The notes under the pieces are model-generated. The model searched no databases. It was given only the letters and a program-made list of their open reading frames with translations, and was not told the DNA's origin. A stretch of DNA of 64,000 nt from a virus (Duplodnaviria; Caudoviricetes). Position numbers and translations under genes: made by a program. The stretch is taken from positions 1 through 64,000 of the IMG/VR virus record IMGVR_UViG_3300015608_005401; one strand, given 5' to 3'. This document shows, one piece after another, positions 63,354 to 64,000 of the stretch (position 1 is its first letter; each line of letters opens with the position of its first letter).

Positions 63354-64000
63354 AAGTAAATAAAATAATATTTTCCTCAGATGATTCACATTATTTGGAT
63401 TTTTGGAAAATAAACTCAGAGATAACATTAAAAAAATTAGGAATAACTCCTGTTTTATTTCATATAACAGATGAGGATAGTGATTTTTTTGAAGATGATT
63501 TTGGTTTGGTAAAAAAAATTAAAAGACTATCAAATCACTCAGATAAAGTACAAGCTCAAATTGTAAGAATGTATGCTACAAAGTATTTTCCTGATGAAGT
63601 TTGTCTAACAAATGATATAGATATGTTTTTATTTAATAAAGATTATCTTATTAACAATCTTCAAGATATAAGTGATGATGATATGGTTATATTAAATTCC
63701 GATGCATACGATCCAGATAGACCGGAATGTATAAATGAATATGCGGGGCCGGATAGATATCCTATTTGTTACATAGCGGCTAAAGGAACTACATTTAATA
63801 AGCTACTAAACACTGATGTATCATTTCAGGAATATGTAGATAGAGTAGAATCGGTTGGCCTTGAAGGACATAATGATGAAATATATTTTGGTAGAATGGT
63901 AAATAATCAAAGTGAAATAAATATTCACAAGGTTAAAAGAGGTTACTGTTCTAATTTTTATGTACCTCAGAGAATTGAAAAGTATATGTTTAATTCAAAT
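63350..64000 (+). CDS. Probable glycosyltransferase, runs off the window end
   Basis: MKVNKIIFSSDDSHYLDFW...CLTNDIDMF DXD motif, YPICYIAA. Confidence 0.65.
   Translation, partial: MKVNKIIFSSDDSHYLDFWKINSEITLKKLGITPVLFHITDEDSDFFEDDFGLVKKIKRLSNHSDKVQAQIVRMYATKYFPDEVCLTNDIDMFLFNKDYLINNLQDISDDDMVILNSDAYDPDRPECINEYAGPDRYPICYIAAKGTTFNKLLNTDVSFQEYVDRVESVGLEGHNDEIYFGRMVNNQSEINIHKVKRGYCSNFYVPQRIEKYMFNSN

Noticed and set aside
1-64000. Alternative genetic code (stop-codon reassignment)
   Set aside because: Long conserved genes (ligA, M42, 1370-aa ORF) are intact under code 11. TAA, TAG and TGA all end genes at sensible positions, and breaks are explained by junctions or indels.

Overview
Strongly AT-rich, gene-dense DNA read with standard code 11. 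It is best explained as part of a large (jumbo) tailed-phage genome infecting Bacteroidota. Evidence: TTTG-N19-20-TAnnTTTG host-type promoters, no Shine-Dalgarno motifs, structural-type giant ORFs, about 17 tRNA or tRNA-like genes and free-standing homing endonucleases. Cargo includes NAD-dependent ligase, a sigma factor, S1, SmpB, RpiB, MgsA, IscA, peptidases and glycosyltransferases. Most interesting: (1) tRNA sub-operons grouped by amino acid, each preceded by a short leader ORF containing codons for those amino acids. Two also have a terminator and a plausible antiterminator, i.e. candidate ribosome-mediated attenuation of tRNA genes. (2) Two promoter-driven, pseudoknotted orphan ncRNAs (about 9.05-9.32 kb and 47.18-47.57 kb). 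(3) Endonuclease or R-M cassettes lying between duplicated 3' ends of ligA and of an M42 peptidase gene. (4) An internally deleted IS605/TnpB mini-element that keeps both ends. (5) A recurring TTAATATATA promoter-like motif, with start-occluding hairpins at homing endonuclease genes. (6) Shared N-terminal (MKHLKKFNE-like) and C-terminal (RxxK[IL]xx[IL][IL]) peptide motifs across many unrelated proteins. At least 9 abrupt gene-truncating junctions are also present; they may be real deletions or assembly chimeras. All calls are by eye, with no database searches.
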